A DNA stretch of 64,000 nucleotides from Octopus vulgaris (GCA_951406725.2 OX597835.1:6758001-6822000), one strand, 5' to 3'. Shown: positions 1 to 14,339, numbered from the stretch's first letter. The notes: generated by a model not told the origin, from the sequence alone. Translations and numbers: made by a program.

Positions 1-105
1 ATGTAAAATCGACCTCGGCGGAATTTGAACTCAGAACGTAAAGATAGACAAAATACCCCTAAGCATTTCGCCCAGCGTGCTAACGATTCTGCTAGCTCGC
101 CGCCT
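1..105 (-). mobile_element. SINE head (ggcggcgagctggcagaatcgttagc family), cut by window edge
   Basis: Same sequence recurs near 27830-28040, 31135-31287, 31490-31695, 39640-39885, 42322-43570 and 55817-55970. B-box-like GAGTTCAAATTCC on the element strand. Confidence 0.75.
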
Positions 106-384
106 GCAGAGGGGTTATATATTAATGTATCCTTAAAGCCACCATTGGCTAGGGCATTTTTGTAGTAAGGGGCTACCTTCTCGAAAAAATTCTGTGGAAG
201 AGAGGTTAGAAACTCTGTTACTAATGTTAAAAATCACACACATACACACATATATATACACACACATACAAATATATTCCTCTATGCACACAAACATATA
301 TACATATACATGCATCTATTTATATATGTTTACATATACATACATACATACATGTATATATGTATATATATATGTATATATATG

Positions 385-416
<32 letters not shown>

Positions 417-577
417 ATTAATTTGGAATAATTATTAATTACACCCTTTATTGTTACTGAATTTCACCTTTTATTGTTACTGATAACTATATATATATAT
501 AGATGAGTGTATTTTTACCTTGTTAACAATTAACACGGAAAAATACTTGTTTAAACCTGCGTTAACTCCATTTTTTA

Positions 578-621
<44 letters not shown>

Positions 622-1042
622 ACTGCACACACGCAGACACACACATATGCACACATAAATATCTCGAGTCGTTGCGCTCTGAAACGGAATATACTTGCTA
701 CGAGGTAAGACCACAGGCGTTTCCTTTATATTGTATATCAGAAATTAACTCTTTCCATTTATTCATTCACAATAGAGACATATGTCATAGCTCGAAATAA
801 TCCATCATTTATATGAGCATTAGTTGAGCACCTTTCGTGCGAAAAATACCTCGCTAACACTAATTACCGTGTCCCATGTGCATAAGTGTTTTGCGGCAAA
901 TATACATACATACATACATACATACATACATACATACATACATACATACATACATACATACATACATACATACATACATACATTCAAGCATACATACATA
1001 CATATATACATACATACATACATACATATATACATTCAGGCA

Positions 1043-1121
<79 letters not shown>

Positions 1122-1772
1122 GCATACATATACACATTCATACATAGATAAATACACACATATATACATGCATACACAGATACATACATATATGCATACA
1201 TATATACACTCATACATAGATACATACACATATACATTCATACACACATAGATACGTACATAAATACATACATACATATATACATTCATACATACATACA
1301 TAGAAATGTAAATATATGCATACATATGTGTGTGTGTGTGTATGTTATTGTATGTGTGTGTGTATGTGTGAGTATGTGTGTGTGTATGTGTGAGTATGTG
1401 TGTGTAAATCCTGGCTTCATCTGTTCAGGCGAACATGGCTAGATCATTTAGAAGAAAAAATCTCCAGCTGGCAAATCTGTCGATATATTGTAGTAGAAAT
1501 AATGAGTCCGGTAAAAAGTACTTTGCGTCATACTGAGACACTTCGATGGCCGGTTAGCAAAAACACTGGGCAATGTTTTATAGCAAGAAGTAGGAAAGGT
1601 AATCTGTCTACCTAGGATTTTACCTATTAGTATTTTTGATAAAGCTGACGTGGATAAAGATCAGAGAAGTTCGACAAAAGACATTGACGTGATAATACAT
1701 TATAATAGTTTCCGACTTTGACACAAGGCCAGCAATTTTGAAGGATACAGACATACATATATATGTATGTGT

Positions 1773-1807
<35 letters not shown>

Positions 1808-1808
1808 A

Positions 1809-2113
1809 CGTGATCACGTGACCGACCAGACCATCAGATGTTGCTACACATTGCTGTTCACAATGCGCTTCGCATTGTTTTAGCCTTCGAATTGACGCCA
1901 CCCCGCTGGCTAAGCGAGCAGGCCAACAGAAGAAAGAGTGAGAGAAAGTTGTGGTGAAAGAGTACAGCAGGGATCGCCAACACCCCCTGCCGGAGCCTCG
2001 TGGAGCTTTTAGGCGTTTTCGCTCAATAAACACTCACAACGCCCGGTCTGGGAATCGAAACCGCGATCCTACGACCGCAAGTCCGCTGCCCTAACCACTG
2101 GGCCATTGCGCCT

Positions 2114-2116
<3 letters not shown>
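1809..2116 (-). mobile_element. tRNA-derived SINE (head A, tail type 1)
   Basis: Minus strand has A box TGGCCCAGTGG and B box GGTTTCGATTCC. Homologous copy at about 51595-51903. Confidence 0.8.
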
Positions 2117-2154
<38 letters not shown>

Positions 2155-2689
2155 GATACAGATACATACACACATATGAATATATCCGCTCACACTTAAT
2201 AATTTGGAGCGGAATGGATGAAAACCAGGTGATCACCTCAGAAGCACTCCATGCAGGAACCTGGCTAACAAAGTGCTCGAATGTCATTGTGAAGGTTACA
2301 CCTTTTAATTAACCAACGGATAATCGGCTAAACTTTGGTCAATTCAAGGTACATATATATATATATATATGTAACAAATATGCATGTTATAATTCTCACT
2401 GAGTGAGACCCAGTATGGTCAAATGGGTAAGAAATATACTTTGCAAATACGAGGTCTTGGAATTCGATATCTGAGGATCTTGTGGCATCTTGGGCCAATG
2501 TTATTTCGTATAACTTCGCCTCGGCCTATATTCTAGTGAATGATAATGGGTAAATGGAAATTGTATCGAAGCCTGCCGCCGGGTAGGTTTCACCGGTAAT
2601 TCATAAGGTTTCAACCGTGTGATATATATTGTGCCAGTCAAGATCTTCTGAGAATTATATTAAGAGTACACGTGTCTGAGGAATACCAA

Positions 2690-3040
2690 GCCACCACCAC
2701 CGCCACCACCACCACCACCACCACCACCACCACCACCACCACCACCACCACCACCACCACCACCACCACCACCACCACCACCACCACCACCACCACCACC
2801 ACCACCACCACCACCACCACCACCACCACCACAACCAACACCACCACCACAACCACCACCACCACCACACCACCACCACACCACCACCACACCACCACCA
2901 CCACCACCACCACCACCACCACCACCACCGCCACCACCACCACCACCACAACTACCACCACCACCACCACCACCACCACCACCACCACCACCACACCACC
3001 ACCACCACCACCACCACCACCACCACCACCACCACCACCA
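2690..3040. repeat. (CAC)n microsatellite
   Basis: Direct inspection. Similar tracts at 12475-12575 and 26070-26260. Confidence 0.95.
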
Positions 3041-3813
3041 TTTTCTTTTTCCCTATTACTAAGCCCTTTCTTTGCGTGAACCTGTTACACTAAACTACCT
3101 AAAACATCTTAGTCTCAAAATGTAAATTTCCCGCCCATTTCTATATCTTCCCGACACACATTCCAAAATAGCTTCGCGTTATCCGTTTTCATTAGTTTAT
3201 AGTATCCTCTCAGAAATATTTTATTCCAATTCAGAATATTTTGCCAAATTAACCTCAGTTGGAATACATTTATTTTGGTATTTTCCAATTTTCATTCGAT
3301 ATTTCTCACCAGTTCCTCTCAGGTTATTTTCCCCCGAAGCACATAATTTTCATGCTGCAATGCGGTTGTTTGTTTTCCTCCCGAGTTTCAATAATATCGC
3401 ATTTAAAAGATAGCGGTTGCATCTGTTTCTTGTGGAAGTAGTTTTCATACAAGGTGATAGACGAATTTACTGACATGCAAACACACATACACACACACAC
3501 ACACATTATATATGCACATAAATATAATATATATGTGTGTGATGTACGTTTATGTAAATATGTAGACATATATATATTATACTAATTTATATTTTATATT
3601 CACATATACACTCAGTAATATATGATTTATATATATATATAATACACACACACACACATATATATATATAATACACACACACACACATATATATATAATA
3701 CACACACACACACATATATATATACATATACATATATACATATACATAACTATATATATACATACATATATACATATACATACATATCTATATATATACA
3801 TACACATATATAT

Positions 3814-3854
<41 letters not shown>

Positions 3855-4139
3855 TATATATACATATGCATACACATATATATTTATATATATTCATACA
3901 TACATATATATATACATATACATACATATATAATATATATATATACACACATACATACATACATACATATATATATATGCATACATATATATATATATGT
4001 ATACACATACATACTTACATATATATGCATACATACATACATACATACATACATACATACATACATGCATACATACATACATACATACATACATGCATAC
4101 ATATGTACATGCACACACACATATACTTTAGATAAAGCA

Positions 4140-4900
4140 GTGTGAAATACGATTTTTATGTCTTTGAAAATTGGTCAGCAATAAACTGAAAGTTAATACG
4201 ATAATTCAATAGTTTGCACTTTTATCTGATGTTTTGGAGTTAAAAATATTCTCTTCAGCCGTAAGTCGGAGATTTGATATTTCGAGCTAGCAGTTTCTGC
4301 TCTGGAGCTCGTGCATGTGCCCGCGCGCACGTGAGTGAGAGGGGTGCGTGGTATGCGCAGAATAACATTGTTATACTGTCCAATGAGCTGCGTGCGGCTT
4401 GGGTCTGTTGTTATTATGTGGCTCGGTCTTGCTAATGATGATGGCTTCTTTTTTCTTAGGTTACCGATGTTTCGTTACACGGCGTCAGTTGAGACATGTG
4501 ATGTCTTGAGCATTTACGTCGGTGTTTTCTGACAGAAGAAGCGTCAGTGGTGTTCATACTTTGTCGTGTTCTTACTTGATGTGCATTTGTCTCATGTAGC
4601 TTTCATCGCATTTACTACTTGTGATTTTATAACTCATGTGGGACTGCAGACATACGTTCTGATTGTTGATCTGGCAGTTTGGCCATGTGCATGTGGCGTT
4701 GTTATGTGTTGAATGTCTTTTAGTTATAAACTTCCTCATGAAAGGTTGGTCAGCAGTGTATTTGATTTCCCGGTGGATTATCATAATTGATTTGTCATTA
4801 GAGGCTCAGTTTAAAAAAAATACTTGATATTCCGAGACGTGTGGGTTTTGTTTGGGGATCTGATGATGTCCTGGAAGAATCTAGATGGACATTCTCCATA
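4140..4900 (-). mobile_element. Decayed Penelope-like element 3' end (GIY-YIG endonuclease remnant plus pLTR-like region)
   Basis: Minus-strand CTWPNCQ...VCLQSHMSYKITSSKCDESYMRQ, then *EH and a frameshifted SSVRKHRRKC, resemble the PLE GIY-YIG pattern (YKITCxxCxxxYIGQT...EH...S.V..H). Downstream is a CTGAAGA...CAAAACATC decayed hammerhead-like motif near 4225-4258. Confidence 0.55.
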
Positions 4901-4946
4901 AGTATGTATACATATATACATTTGTATATATATGTATGTATGTATG

Positions 4947-4977
<31 letters not shown>

Positions 4978-4980
4978 GTA

Positions 4981-5110
4981 TTTATTTAAAGCAGCAGAAA
5001 ATTCAGGTTTTGTTGAATTTTCTGCTGCTTTAAATAAAGCATATTACTCTACCACTGGTATTTGAGTACTCTTTTTTCCACCTTGTTTCACATTTATGTG
5101 TTTACTCCGG
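4981..5110 (+). mobile_element. Short fold-back element in (TA)n, same family as 39077-39270
   Basis: 25-bp inverted arms (4981-5005 / 5014-5038). 5004-5110 is identical to 39164-39270. Contains AATAAA. Confidence 0.8.
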
Positions 5111-5517
5111 TATATATATATATATGTATGTATATTCCCGCCCTCGCCCAATCCCCATCCACACCCCACATCCCACTCCCCTATCCCACATCGGTCCACA
5201 TCCCTACGCACACCCACATCCCACACCCCTATCCCACATCCTCGCACTCCTACCCCACCCCACCCCATCGATGAGACTGGAACACTAAGTTTCGCTTTCA
5301 ACAGTTCATCCAACCTTTAAGCAGCGAAATGTGAAATTCGAACTCCCCGTCACATCAGTATATTTTACCCCACTAACGGTACAGAATCATCCCATCAACG
5401 TTGAATATTTTGTTTGTCAACGAAGTTTATCAACAATTCCTCGAATCTCTTTTATGACCTCTTAACTTCAACTTGCTTCTGTTTGTTACCTTATTCCTCT
5501 TATATTTCGTATTCCAG

Positions 5518-5598
5518 GCTATGAGGAACTCCTTCGTTTACCAAAGTTTGCAAGAAAAATCAAGATATTTGCTAGAGCAGAAGGCAACATAATTCTAG
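5518..5598 (+). CDS. ADAMTSL2: ADAMTSL2-like gene, internal exon 1 in window (start of ADAMTS spacer domain)
   Basis: Pyrimidine tract + ttccag acceptor, gtaaat donor, phase 1-1. Encodes (G)YEELLRLPKFARKIKIFARAEGNIIL(A), matching the spacer-start pattern GYxxxxxIPxGARxIxI. Not in the ORF track. Confidence 0.85.
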
Positions 5599-6059
5599 GT
5601 AAATATTCAACTTAATTTTCTTAATTTTAAGCCTTCACTGTATATTGATTATGGAAAACAGTCTAATATTAGAGCATATAACACTTAACGGGGGGAAAAA
5701 TGGATATTTAATACGCGGTAAGTGTGCTGAACTATTTCACCCTATCCCCCCCCCCCATTAAATTTAGGAACTACGAGTTCATAGCGGTGTGTAAACATGT
5801 ACGTATTCTGCTGCGTAAATTAAGAAACGCACATACACGTACATATGCAATCATACGTATACACACTCACAGCGATAAATATACAAAGACATTCTAATAC
5901 ATACATTGTCACACACACGTACACTTGCATCCATATATACACGCTCACATATATACACACACATACGCACACACACACACACACGCACACACACACATAT
6001 ATATATATACACATACTAACACATACACACATACACTCATACACACACACTCAGAATAC

Positions 6060-6450
6060 ACACACACTCATACACCTACACACATATACACGCATATATG
6101 CATCTATTCTCACAAATACACACACACACACATATATATATACACATACTAACACATACACACATTGTCACACACTCATACACCTACACACATATACACG
6201 CATATATGCATCTATTCTCACACATACACGCACACACATATATATATACACATACTAACACATATACACATTGTCACACACTCATACATCTACACACACA
6301 TGCACGCATATATGCATATATTCTCACACATACACACACACATATATATATACACATACTAACACATATACACATTGTCACACACTCATACACCTACACA
6401 CACATACACGCATATATGCATATATTCTCGCACATACACACACACACTCT
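6060..6450. repeat. About 105-bp minisatellite (about 4 units) built from degenerate CA/TA repeats
   Basis: cacattgtca landmark ends at 6170, 6276 and 6380. Confidence 0.8.
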
Positions 6451-6721
6451 AACACACTCACACACGTTCATACACACAGATTCACACACAATCACACACA
6501 TACTCACACATACTAATACACACATGCTCACACACTCATACAATTACACACATACACACACATATATACACACACTGACATTCTCACACACCCACGTACA
6601 CATACCCACGTACACACACCCTCACACACCTTACCTTATATCTTACTCAACTCCCTGATCGTGTTGTTGTTATTGTTCTCGCTCTTATTAGTGTTACTGT
6701 TATTGTTGTTGTTTGATTCAG

Positions 6722-6897
6722 CTCTCCGCAGTGAAGAAGGCGAATATTTATTGAATGGTAATTCCAACAACAAGTCTCCCAGTGTCACCAAACTGGTGTC
6801 TGGTGCCATCTTCTATTATCACCATTCTGTCTACAAAGCAAGAGGAATGGAGACACTTCACGCTGAAGAAGCCATAGACAGAGACCTTGTAGTCCTT
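6722..6897 (+). CDS. ADAMTSL2: ADAMTSL2-like exon 2 (spacer domain)
   Basis: ttcag acceptor, gtgagt donor, phase 1-0. ALRSEEGEYLLNGN...SGAIFYY...GMETLHAEEAIDRDLVVL is a typical ADAMTS spacer segment. Confidence 0.9.
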
Positions 6898-7052
6898 GTG
6901 AGTCGGAGGCCTATTGATATTTTTTAATATTTTTCGATTTCCTCGTTTGTTTTCAGGTTAATTTGTAGATTTTAGAATTTGATTTTGTATGAAAATATAA
7001 GACAAATATATGTCAAACAGCTTAGACAGCCATACACGACCATATGCACAAT

Positions 7053-7428
7053 GGGAAGCACTCCGTCGGTTACGACGACGAGGGTTCCGGTTGATCCGAA
7101 TCTACGGAACAGCTTGCTCGTGAAATTAACGTGAGCACTCCACAGACACGTGTACCCTTAACGTAGTTCTCAGGGATATTCAGCGTGACACAGAGAGTGA
7201 CAAGGCCGGCCCCTTGAAATACAGGTACAACAGAAACAGGAAGTAAGAGTGAGAGAAAGTTGTGGTGAAAGAGTACAGCAGGGATCACCACCATCCCCTG
7301 CCGGAGCCTCGTGGAGCTTTAGGTGTTTTCGCTCAATAAACACTCACAACGCCCGGTCTGGGAATCGAAACCGCGATCCTATGACCGCGAGTCCGCTGCC
7401 CTAACCACTGGGCCATTTCGCCTCCACT
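7053..7428 (-). mobile_element. tRNA-derived SINE (head A, tail type 2) with 11-bp TSD
   Basis: TSD atatgcacaat at 7042-7052 and 7429-7439. A/B boxes present. Near-identical copy at 55998-56381. Confidence 0.9.
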
Positions 7429-7681
7429 ATATGCACAATACATATATTATCTATAGTCTTTCACTTGTTTTAATCATTGGGATGCGACCATGCTTGTAGT
7501 TCCGCATTGGAGTGTTTAGTCGAACAAATCGCCTCCAGCAATTATTTTTGTTTTTGAAAGCATTTGGCATTTGTTCTTTCGGCCCCTTTTGTTGCAACGA
7601 TAAGTTACAGGAGACGTAACCAGACCAACACCGGTTGTCAAGCGATGATGGGGAGGAATACAAACACAAAAGCACACATAG

Positions 7682-7725
<44 letters not shown>

Positions 7726-7764
7726 ATGTGTGTGTATATATATTTATATATATACATATACCGA

Positions 7765-8125
7765 CCACATGGTTCCGGTTCAGTCCACTGCGTGGCACCT
7801 TGGGCAAGTGTACTATATCGGGCCGACCAAAGCCTTGTGAGTGGATTTGGTAGACGGAAACTGAAAGAAGCCTGTCGTATATATGTATATATATATATAT
7901 GCGTGTGTGTGTTTGTGTGTCTGTTTGTCCCCTAGCATTGCTTGACAACCGATGCTGGTGTGTTTATGTCCCCGTTACTTAGCGGTTCGGCAAAAGAGAC
8001 CGATAGAATAAGTACTGGGCTTACAAAAGAATAAGTCCCGGGGTCGAGTTGCTCGATTAAAGGCGGTGCTCCAGCATGGCCGCAGTCAAATGACTGAAAC
8101 AAGTAAAAGAGTAAAGAGTAAAAGA
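7765..8125 (+). mobile_element. SINE with internal TA/TG microsatellite (5'-truncated)
   Basis: Family recurs at about 10840-11137(-), 21145-21547(-), 24695-24795(-), 51905-52160(+), 53655-53860(-), 59985-60148(-) and 61615-62012(+). Confidence 0.8.
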
Positions 8126-8126
8126 G

Positions 8127-8183
<57 letters not shown>

Positions 8184-8184
8184 C

Positions 8185-8540
8185 TCATTGACGTCTTCAA
8201 GTTTCACTTGAAAAGGAAACTGAGAGTGGAGATGGAAGTGCTGCCCTCGAGCGAATTTATTGAAAGGTGAGTGAAAGTTACGAAAATGGCAAGAGTGGAT
8301 GGTACCTCTCTAAGTGTAGAACTGTGAGTCGGAGAGAAGAAAATGAAGAGAGCCCTTGTTCTTGGTGTTCAGGGATATCTCGGACAGTGGGGTTCCTCGA
8401 TTATCCTTAGAGGCACTCCTGTATCAGGAGGGCTACATCTATATCATACCCCTTCCCTTTTAAAAAAAACCCTTTGTATACTATATACGTGTCCCTTCTT
8501 TTTCAGTGTACACCGTATATAGTTACCTTTTTTTTTATCA
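8185..8540 (+). mobile_element. Possible L1/Tx1-like LINE 3' remnant
   Basis: FKFHLKRKLRVEMEVLPSSEFIER*VKV resembles the ORF2 C-terminus of Tx1-like elements. Contains an in-frame stop. Confidence 0.35.
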
Positions 8541-8621
8541 TTTCATTATATGTGAACCTCCACACTTTATGTGTGTCTTTGCAGTCCTCCTTATCCTTGG
8601 CCCTCGTGGCAAATAAATGAA

Positions 8622-9648
<1,027 letters not shown>

Positions 9649-9651
9649 CAG

Positions 9652-10465
9652 GGTTTCACTTCAAAGAAGAACACATCGATTCAGCTGAAGTACGAATACA
9701 TAGTTACATTCAACAACGTCACGGTAAAAAGTAAGGAAACGGCAGTGAAAAACGAACCGAGTTTTACATGGCAAACCCTTCTGGACAGTCAGCTCTTCTT
9801 TGACTACAATCCAGTCCATGCCCGTCCTCACAGCAACAGCCCAACTGAAGGATTAGCTACGCGAGCATTGGTAAGACCACATCCCGCTGCATCTGTATAT
9901 CCTTCTGATGGGCACTTCAAGACAGCCCCGTCTTCGTATGGGCCAAATGTATCGCCAGGAAAGCTTAAAGAAAGTGATGCTTATTCAGCTAATGTAAACG
10001 ATAGCAAAGTTAGTAAGAAACACCACAGGAACAATCACAGACGTGTAGAGGAGCGAAATATTCATTATTATTCTTCTTTAGGATCAGCATCTCCTTTACC
10101 TTTGTCACTTTCAATACACGATAGAAACAAGGAACTCAGGAAGCATATCTACGTGAAAATAGTATCGCCATCTTCGTCACCGACATTTTCGTCGACTTCG
10201 AAAGGTAGAAAACGAAGCAAGACTAAAACGAATAAAAATAGAACGCTGGAGAAAAGCAGCACCAAAAACAGAACCGCTCGATATTTTCCGAAAATCTCTT
10301 CGATTTCTCAACGTCGAAGAAAGGCAAGAAATAATCAAAATGAAAGTGTTCAAGTTAGCGCCCCGAAGAAAAAGCGATTTCCGGTTTTCCTTCCTGCCCT
10401 GTCAACGGTCAAAGAGAACTTGAATACCTACCGGAAGAAAGGCGCGAGGAAGGCATCACATCTCA
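9652..10465 (+). CDS. ADAMTSL2: ADAMTSL2-like exon 3 (spacer end plus long Ser/Lys/Arg-rich, N-glycan-sequon-rich linker)
   Basis: ttccag acceptor directly after an (ATT/ATC)n tract, gtaagt donor, phase 0-1. Opens with GFTSKKNTSIQLKYEYIV (spacer end, YEY motif). 814 nt open frame. Confidence 0.85.
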
Positions 10466-10945
10466 GTAAGTAGGATCATCTTTTCTAATTGAGGCTTTTT
10501 GTTGTGTATGTAGCATCGGCTAATGTTGAAGTAGTTTGTCTTTCGCTCAGGATATATCTTTACAAAACGAACGAAATTTATGTTGCAACAATTCAAAACT
10601 GAAGTGGCGAATTGTAAATTCGATTTTCCCACGAGGCAGAAAATAACGTTTTGAGTTCAAATCCGCCAAGGTCGACTTTTATACTTTTATCCTTTAAGGG
10701 GTGGATAAGATAAGCAGCAACCGAGCATTGGGTCCGATGCAATCGATTTACTCTCCAACCCCAAAACTGCTGGCGTCGTACCATAGTTTGAAATCAATAT
10801 TCAGTTTTGTTTTACTTCCGCTTCCGCTTACCTACTATCTCTTTTATTCTTTTACTTGTTTCAGTCATTCGACTGTGACCATGCGATGGTGGGGGACAAA
10901 CAAACACACACACACACACAAACACACACACATACATACACACAC

Positions 10946-11016
<71 letters not shown>

Positions 11017-11182
11017 CAGGACGTGATTCTCTTCAGTTTCCGTCCACTAAATCCAGTCACAAGGCTTTGGTCGGCAATGGGACTGAACCCGGGACCATGT
11101 GGTTGGGAAGCAAACTTCTTACCGCACAGTCACACCTATGTATGTATATATATATATGTATATTTGTATGTGTATATATATG

Positions 11183-11225
<43 letters not shown>

Positions 11226-11277
11226 TATTGGTGAATTGAAGAAATGGAGCTGAACGCAGATTGAACAGAAATCGTTT

Positions 11278-11370
11278 TATTTCATTCTACACGTGTTTCG
11301 AAAGGCACAATTTACCAAAATCCGATTGAATAATGGGACCATATTGTGTCTTTCTCTTCAGGAAGAAATA
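11278..11370 (-). ncRNA. Mirror copy of the hammerhead motif on the minus strand
   Basis: Reverse complement of 11538-11629 within the palindrome. Confidence 0.8.
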
Positions 11371-11537
11371 GGAAATCCGTTGGAAAAAACAAAAACAGAA
11401 CAGAGGCGGAGCAAAACAAATCGAACTAGGCTCCTAAGAGCCCATGGCGAAACAGTTTCGCCATGGGCTCTTAGGAGCCTAGTTCGATTTGTTTTGCTCC
11501 GCCTCTGTTCTGTTTTTGTTTTTTCCAACGGATTTCC

Positions 11538-11629
11538 TATTTCTTCCTGAAGAGAAAGACACAATATGGTCCCATTATTCAATCGGATTTTGTAAATTGT
11601 GCCTTTCGAAACACGTGTAGAATGAAATA
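11538..11629 (+). ncRNA. Type I hammerhead ribozyme motif, canonical core
   Basis: CTGAAGA 11547-11553; stem II GAAAG.CACAAT/ATTGTG.CTTTC; GAAA 11608-11611; palindromic stem III ACACGTGT; GUA triplet 11617-11619; stem I tatttcttc/gaa(t)gaaata. Confidence 0.8.
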
Positions 11630-11838
11630 AAACGATTTCTGTTCAATCTGCGTTCAGCTCCATTTCTTCAATTCACCAATAATATTTTAATTTCAATTAT
11701 CCGCACCAACGCACGGTTGCAACACCATATGGTTGTACCTCCAACCGTGCTGTTTACTGCTGTGATTTTTGCTACCAAGGTATCGGTTAAACTTTTGATT
11801 AATATACTACAAGATTATTCATCTTTCTATTTCACATA

Positions 11839-11876
<38 letters not shown>

Positions 11877-11988
11877 ATGTGTATGTGTATATATATATGT
11901 ATGTATACATATATATATATATATACGCACACACACATATATGTGTGTGTGTATATATATGTATATATATATATATACATATATATAT

Positions 11989-12200
11989 AGTTAATCCAAA
12001 CATGAAAACACAAAGAGAAAACACAACAACGCGAGGACGTGGAATTAATTTTGTATTATTGGACGCTCAGGAAGGAAGGGAAGAAGAAGGATTTAACATT
12101 TCGAGCGGAGCTCTTCGTCAGAAACATAGGAAAAGGAAAGATCCAGAGAAGGGAAGACGGAGGAAAAAAAATCGCCAACGGTACACACGCGGTCACATTT
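11989..12200 (-). mobile_element. (TA)n-anchored about 210-bp element with minimal hammerhead at 12092-12124
   Basis: Minus strand ttt-CTGACGA-a-GAGC tcc GCTC-GAAATGTT-aaa. Homologous copies at 16769-16990 and about 35815-36025. Confidence 0.7.
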
Positions 12201-12879
12201 ATATAAAGAAATGAGACCCTTTCAGGTTTTTACGGTTAGAGAGAAATTTCCTGAATCTCTCTCTAGCCGTAGAATGACTGGTTAAAGAAAGATTCAGTTG
12301 TTATCTCCCTTGTTGAGTAAGTACTAATAATATAAGCCAGATAAATTCTACCAACTCCACAGGCATATATCGGCTTGCTTCTTTGTTTAAAACGCACAAG
12401 CACAAACACACATACATACATACATACGTACGTACACACTCATACATACACGCACACACACACACAAAATGACCCCACCACCTCCACCACCACCACCACC
12501 ACCACCACCACCACCACCACCACCACCACCACCACCACCACCACCACCACCACCACCACCACCACCACCACACCAACAAAAAAATAAAGAAACCTTATTA
12601 ATTTCAATAATGCTTGAATAACCTTTTGACAGAATTACTTCCCTTAGATGCAATAGCGTCCCACTTTATTTTGCTCGTAGTAAAGCCTCGGGCAATCACC
12701 GACATCGTTCAGACACAGAAGATTATTTTGTAAACTTCCATTCGATAAGGAAACAGACACTGAGTCTAATAACAGAAACTCGCTTTACCTCGAAGACATT
12801 CTACTTTCTGAGAGAGTTTCATTTTGATCAGATTAGATGACAGTGATAGGAAATTGTAGTAGTAGTAGCATCAATAGCT

Positions 12880-12943
<64 letters not shown>

Positions 12944-13009
12944 GTTTTTTGATTTATGTTAGCCCTTGTGGACAATAAACCAGAATTAGTTATTATTATT
13001 ATTATTATT

Positions 13010-13040
<31 letters not shown>

Positions 13041-13163
13041 TTAATAATAATAATAACAACAACAACAACAATAATAATAATAATAATATTAATAACAACA
13101 ACAACAACAATAATAATAATAATAATAATAATGATGATAATAATAAAAATAATAATAATAATG

Positions 13164-13200
<37 letters not shown>

Positions 13201-13331
13201 TAATAATAATAATAATAATAATAATGATGATAATAATAATAATAATAATAATAATGATGATGATGATGATGATGATGATAATAATAATAATAATAATAAT
13301 ATTAATAATAATGATGATGATGATAATAATG

Positions 13332-13379
<48 letters not shown>

Positions 13380-13460
13380 GTAATAATAATAATAATAATG
13401 ATGATGATGATAATAATAATAATAATAATAATAATGATGATGATAATAATAATGATAGTG
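12880..13460. repeat. Opposed (ATT)n / (AAT,GAT)n microsatellites
   Basis: Direct inspection. Confidence 0.9.
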
Positions 13461-14087
13461 GGAGTAGTTGCTTGCTATCAATGTCGTTCTTGTTTAATCT
13501 CGTTCTCCCCCAGGCCATTATTCCAATCGTGACTACCCCGTTGGTAATTTTGTTTCCAAGCCATGCCTGCATGGAAACGTGGTCATTCAATGATGATGAT
13601 GATGATGATGATTACGATGACAATGATGTTGATGATGGGGTCGGTGATAGGGGTGAAGGTGGCGATAATGATGTTGAGGGTAATGATGATGATGATGATG
13701 ATGATGATAGTGAGGGATGATTATGCTGTTGATGGTGATGATGATGATGATAATGAGGATTATAAAGTGTTTTCTTCTCCATCTCTCGTCCGCTCCTCTC
13801 CCTTCTCTCCCTCTCTCATTTCGCCTTCACATCTCTCTCCCTCCTTCTCTCTTTCGCCTTCATCTCTCCCTCTCTCCCTCCTCCTGCCCCTCTCCACCGC
13901 TTTCTTTCTCTCTTTCTCCCCCTCCTTCTCTCCCTTCTGTTTACTCCTCTCCTTCATATCACACATTACTGCATATAATATTAAGGTGATTTAACTGCTA
14001 TTTCTAGACGATAAAGCAGCCACACACGATGCACACTCGATGGTAGAGTCAAGTGATGTTGTAGATGTGCTCACCGCTTCTATTGAT

Positions 14088-14222
<135 letters not shown>

Positions 14223-14255
14223 GTATGTATGTATGTATGTATGTATGTATGTATG

Positions 14256-14291
<36 letters not shown>

Positions 14292-14339
14292 AATCAATCT
14301 ATGTATGTATGTATCTATGTATCTATTTATTTATCTTTG

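Larger units (their letters stand above)
11218..11840. mobile_element. Fold-back element in (TA)n: about 235-bp near-perfect palindrome (11218-11689) plus about 150-bp one-sided extension; PLE pLTR-like
   Basis: Arms differ by one indel, centre at 11454. Each arm carries a hammerhead motif. Confidence 0.8.
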
